Below, one piece after another: positions 61,001 through 64,000 of a stretch of 64,000 nucleotides of DNA. Within the stretch, counting starts at the first letter, position 1. Every line of letters starts with the position of its first letter. Made by a program: the position numbers and the translations under genes. Origin of the DNA: Lepidodermella squamata (lineage: Eukaryota; Animalia; Gastrotricha); the NCBI GenBank assembly GCA_047495785.1, contig JBLDXI010000024.1, positions 62,001-126,000 on the forward strand, given 5' to 3'. Under the pieces are notes generated by a model. The model had not been told where the DNA came from, did not search any database, and saw nothing but the letters and a program-made list of their open reading frames with translations.

Positions 61001-64000
61001 TGTTCGGCGATCATGATACGCCTGTCTTTCACTGACCGGCTTCCCGCGGCGCCGTCTCGCTTTTGTTGATGTTATTTTTATAGTCATAACTATAGCTTTA
61101 TAATAGCCGCATTCCCTCTGTAATTTATTATACATAAATGCGGGGCGCAAACGTGGGCGCGTCGTGCTTTGGAAGCAGTAGCAGGTACGAGAAGTACTGG
61201 CCTCCAGTTTGCGCAGTGCGAGAAAAGAGGCGGAGACGCGCGCACGGAGCCGGAGCAAAAGCCAGGTCAGCAGACGCTCTGTGAAGTTGAATATGTCCGC
61301 GCCTGCAACCGCCCAAGATCATTTACAACTAAGCACAAATATTGGAGCCCGGCGTATCTCCATAGTTGCGATCAAGAATAAAATAAAAATGTGTAAGACG
61401 CGTCCTTAACGGTTTAGTCAACACCCGAGCTGGAGTCGCGCTAGCACCTGCGTATTTATTGTTATTACTACACTTTTAATAGCCGGGCTTGATCAAATAC
61501 CGGCTTCGAGCAGCGGTGTCGTAGTAAATTAATTGTTGGGGATGGGCATCATCGCTGCTGCTGCGCTTGTACTATTTGTCCAAGTATTTTATCACATGGC
61601 GTTTCGCACTGGCATCTCGCTTTCGCGATCCGAAGCCACGCCAGAAAAGAATTCGGCCAACACACATCGTACAAACAATGTGGTCTAATTATCGCGCGTG
61701 TAAATACCCAACGCTGGCAATCGATAACCACAAAGCACCTCCACCTCGGATATCACTTTGCTGCCATTCATGAATTTTTCACGCAGAACCAGTAATTTTG
61801 CTCATTATTAAATTAATAAGCCAACATGTGACGGCGCAGGTGAGACGACGCTCTCTGCGACGAAAACCTATAGCGTTATATTACCTAGTCAAAGTTTCAT
61901 ACAACCACGTGTTATTTCGAGCGATAAATGGGGCCCTGTTTCCTGGACACCCTCTGCTGCCACGCGTCTGTTTACCCAGCAAAAATTCATGTACAATTAG
62001 GCCGTGCGGCCGAAAAATGGCGACCGATTAAACTGTGAAATGGTTCGATGTTTCATGTTGTTAGCCTTGTGACTTTACCGGAATGCAGCCTCTCGCTTTT
62101 AATGTAAACGAAAAATGTAAATGCCCACAAGTCGATGTACTCAATTACCCAATGCAGGGGATGTATTGCATACGCCTTGGGGAATGGATTAATGAGTAGT
62201 AATAAAAAATATCCCAGTATTCACCATGCGTAGTCAGCATGCCTAACAGGCTTGGCTTACTACTGCAGGATGTTCCTCTTTTTTCGGAGCGCCAATGAAC
62301 AAGTGTTAACAACATGTTAACAAGTGAAAAGTGGGGTTTGGTCAATTTTCCGATATTCCCATGGAACCGCGAAAATTGCGTTAACTTGGAAACGAACGAT
62401 TCTTAGGCTTTACTGAACCTTAAAAAGAGGGCAGGGCTAGACCTATCCTGTTTTGCATAGTTCTTGGGCAGGCGAGCAATTTCATTTTCTGGAAATACCC
62501 TTCGAAACTTTTTGAATAACTCGGAAATACAGTCATTTATATTTCCAAGTTTTAGAAATCCAGGATGCTACTACTCCCCTCATCGTGGAGATTCATCGTT
62601 TCAGGTATTTGTGGAGACGATACAATAAAATGCAATAAACTAATCTCTGATATCAAGTGAGATTCCCAACTTCGATATCGATTGAGCGTGTGAGAAGTGA
62701 AACGAAATTTTGAAGAAGATGGTGCATAATTTAAACTGCTTTTAGCGCGGATTTCGTAAAATTTTACCCATGACGGTGAACTTCACGGTGAAGTCCATTT
62801 TCACGGCAAGCCTAATGGTTATTAATTAGTATGGTTTTGCCACCGTTCGACTCGTCGTTCTTCGATCTTATAAGCGGCATCAAGCTCTCAATTTTCTTGT
62901 TCAACGGTCATGTGTAAAAAAAACTCGCATGGACTATAAAAATTCGAATGATTTATTTCATCGTCATCATCATCATTATTTTCATTTTCTACTTATAATA
63001 TTTCGACGCCCTCATCGCGCATGGCGACTGACTGCCACGCGAGGCATGGGCGAAAGATCACCAAGAATAGCTGCAAGACAAGTCCAGGCTGCCTGGTATC
63101 AATTAATAGGCGGCCAGCCGGACACGTTTCATCACCATCGAGTTGGATTTTTCAACAATAATTAAGATAACAAGATTACTAATAAAGTTACTGCAAAAGG
63201 GTCGATGGACGTGGGTCAGTTCGGCCAGTCTCTATAGCAAAAAACTGCTAATAGTACTTGTTTTTGTGTACACAATACGAACTCGCAAGTTTCACTCAGA
63301 GCTCATTCGATTCGATTGCAAACCACATGATGAGAATAACTAAAGTCTGAACCTTGGTATGAAATATATTTTCCCCAGCGACGATACATCTTCATCAGTT
63401 CAAGAGGTGTAGAAAAAAGCGGGAAAAACAGAGCGAGTAGGAATAATTATTATAATAATATGATGAATAAGAACGGAAACAGCTGTATAAACATATTAAT
63501 AAACCTTAAGTAGAGAGAGTGCGCGAACAAAATAATTCAACGTAGAGCTGGCATACCGTGTTAAAGCCGATTTTTGGAGCATTATAGCATAGCAATTTGT
63601 GCATTCATAAAAGCATTCACGATTTGTCAAAGTTAATGTACCCAATAGCGACCATGATATAACGCGATAATATAATAACAGAGTTCGGAAAAAGTTTTTT
63701 TCAATGAAGACCTTGCATAATACAATTTTCGCAGGCGGCGGCGTTGTTGTTGTTGTTATAGTTGTTTCTGTCTTAGCATCTCTAGAAATCCATCGACATG
63801 CACCGAATAGTAGCAAAGAGAGCGAAAAAATTCGAACTGAACTTGCGAATTAATCGAAAGCGGCGCGGCTGACAACAAAGACAAAAATAGCGACGGTCGT
63901 AATTGCATAAAATGACGAACGCGATCATATAATAGATAACAATGAAATGGCAGAGAACGAGATGAAGAGATAGAGAGGCGATAGCAGTAATTGCATTGTT

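Noticed and set aside
595-63816. Many 60-180 aa ORFs antisense to or overlapping the modelled genes, or in intergenic DNA
   Set aside because: They are shadows of GC-rich exons or chance ORFs, many starting at TTG/GTG, with no independent support.
1-64000. Bacterial contamination, CRISPR arrays, tRNA/rRNA, spliced-leader RNA
   Set aside because: Nearly all genes have spliceosomal introns; no regularly spaced repeats or recognisable structural RNA sequences were seen by eye.

Overview
Eukaryotic (metazoan, invertebrate-type) genomic DNA from a compact genome with many short (mostly 45-65 nt) AT-rich GT-AG introns, so the supplied ORFs are exon fragments. I rebuilt gene models by hand from splice sites and paralog comparison; internal exon limits are approximate. 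Contents in order: two head-to-head divergent cation-type Cys-loop (nAChR/5-HT3-like) subunit genes; a 5-HT1-like aminergic GPCR with D2.50G and NPxxF; a tandem pair of secreted LAS/M15-type zinc peptidase-like proteins (H-x6-D...DxxH); a tandem pair of type II membrane beta-mannosyltransferase/GH130-like proteins; a NEK-like pseudokinase (DFG to SFG); two more Cys-loop paralogs, one hosting a nested antisense single-TM gene in an intron next to a 14-nt microexon; four tandem MFSD6-like transporters; INSIG; COASY; a cordon-bleu-like WH2 protein; and about 6 kb of non-coding DNA. The best candidates for new biology are (1) the four-member Cys-loop family with a remodelled agonist site and His/Asp inside the membrane helices, (2) the nested antisense gene whose predicted 3' UTR covers a frame-determining Cys-loop microexon, and (3) the block of bacterial/fungal-type cell-wall enzyme homologs. 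All family assignments rest on motif recognition; no database searches were run. No tRNA, rRNA, CRISPR or intact mobile element was recognised.
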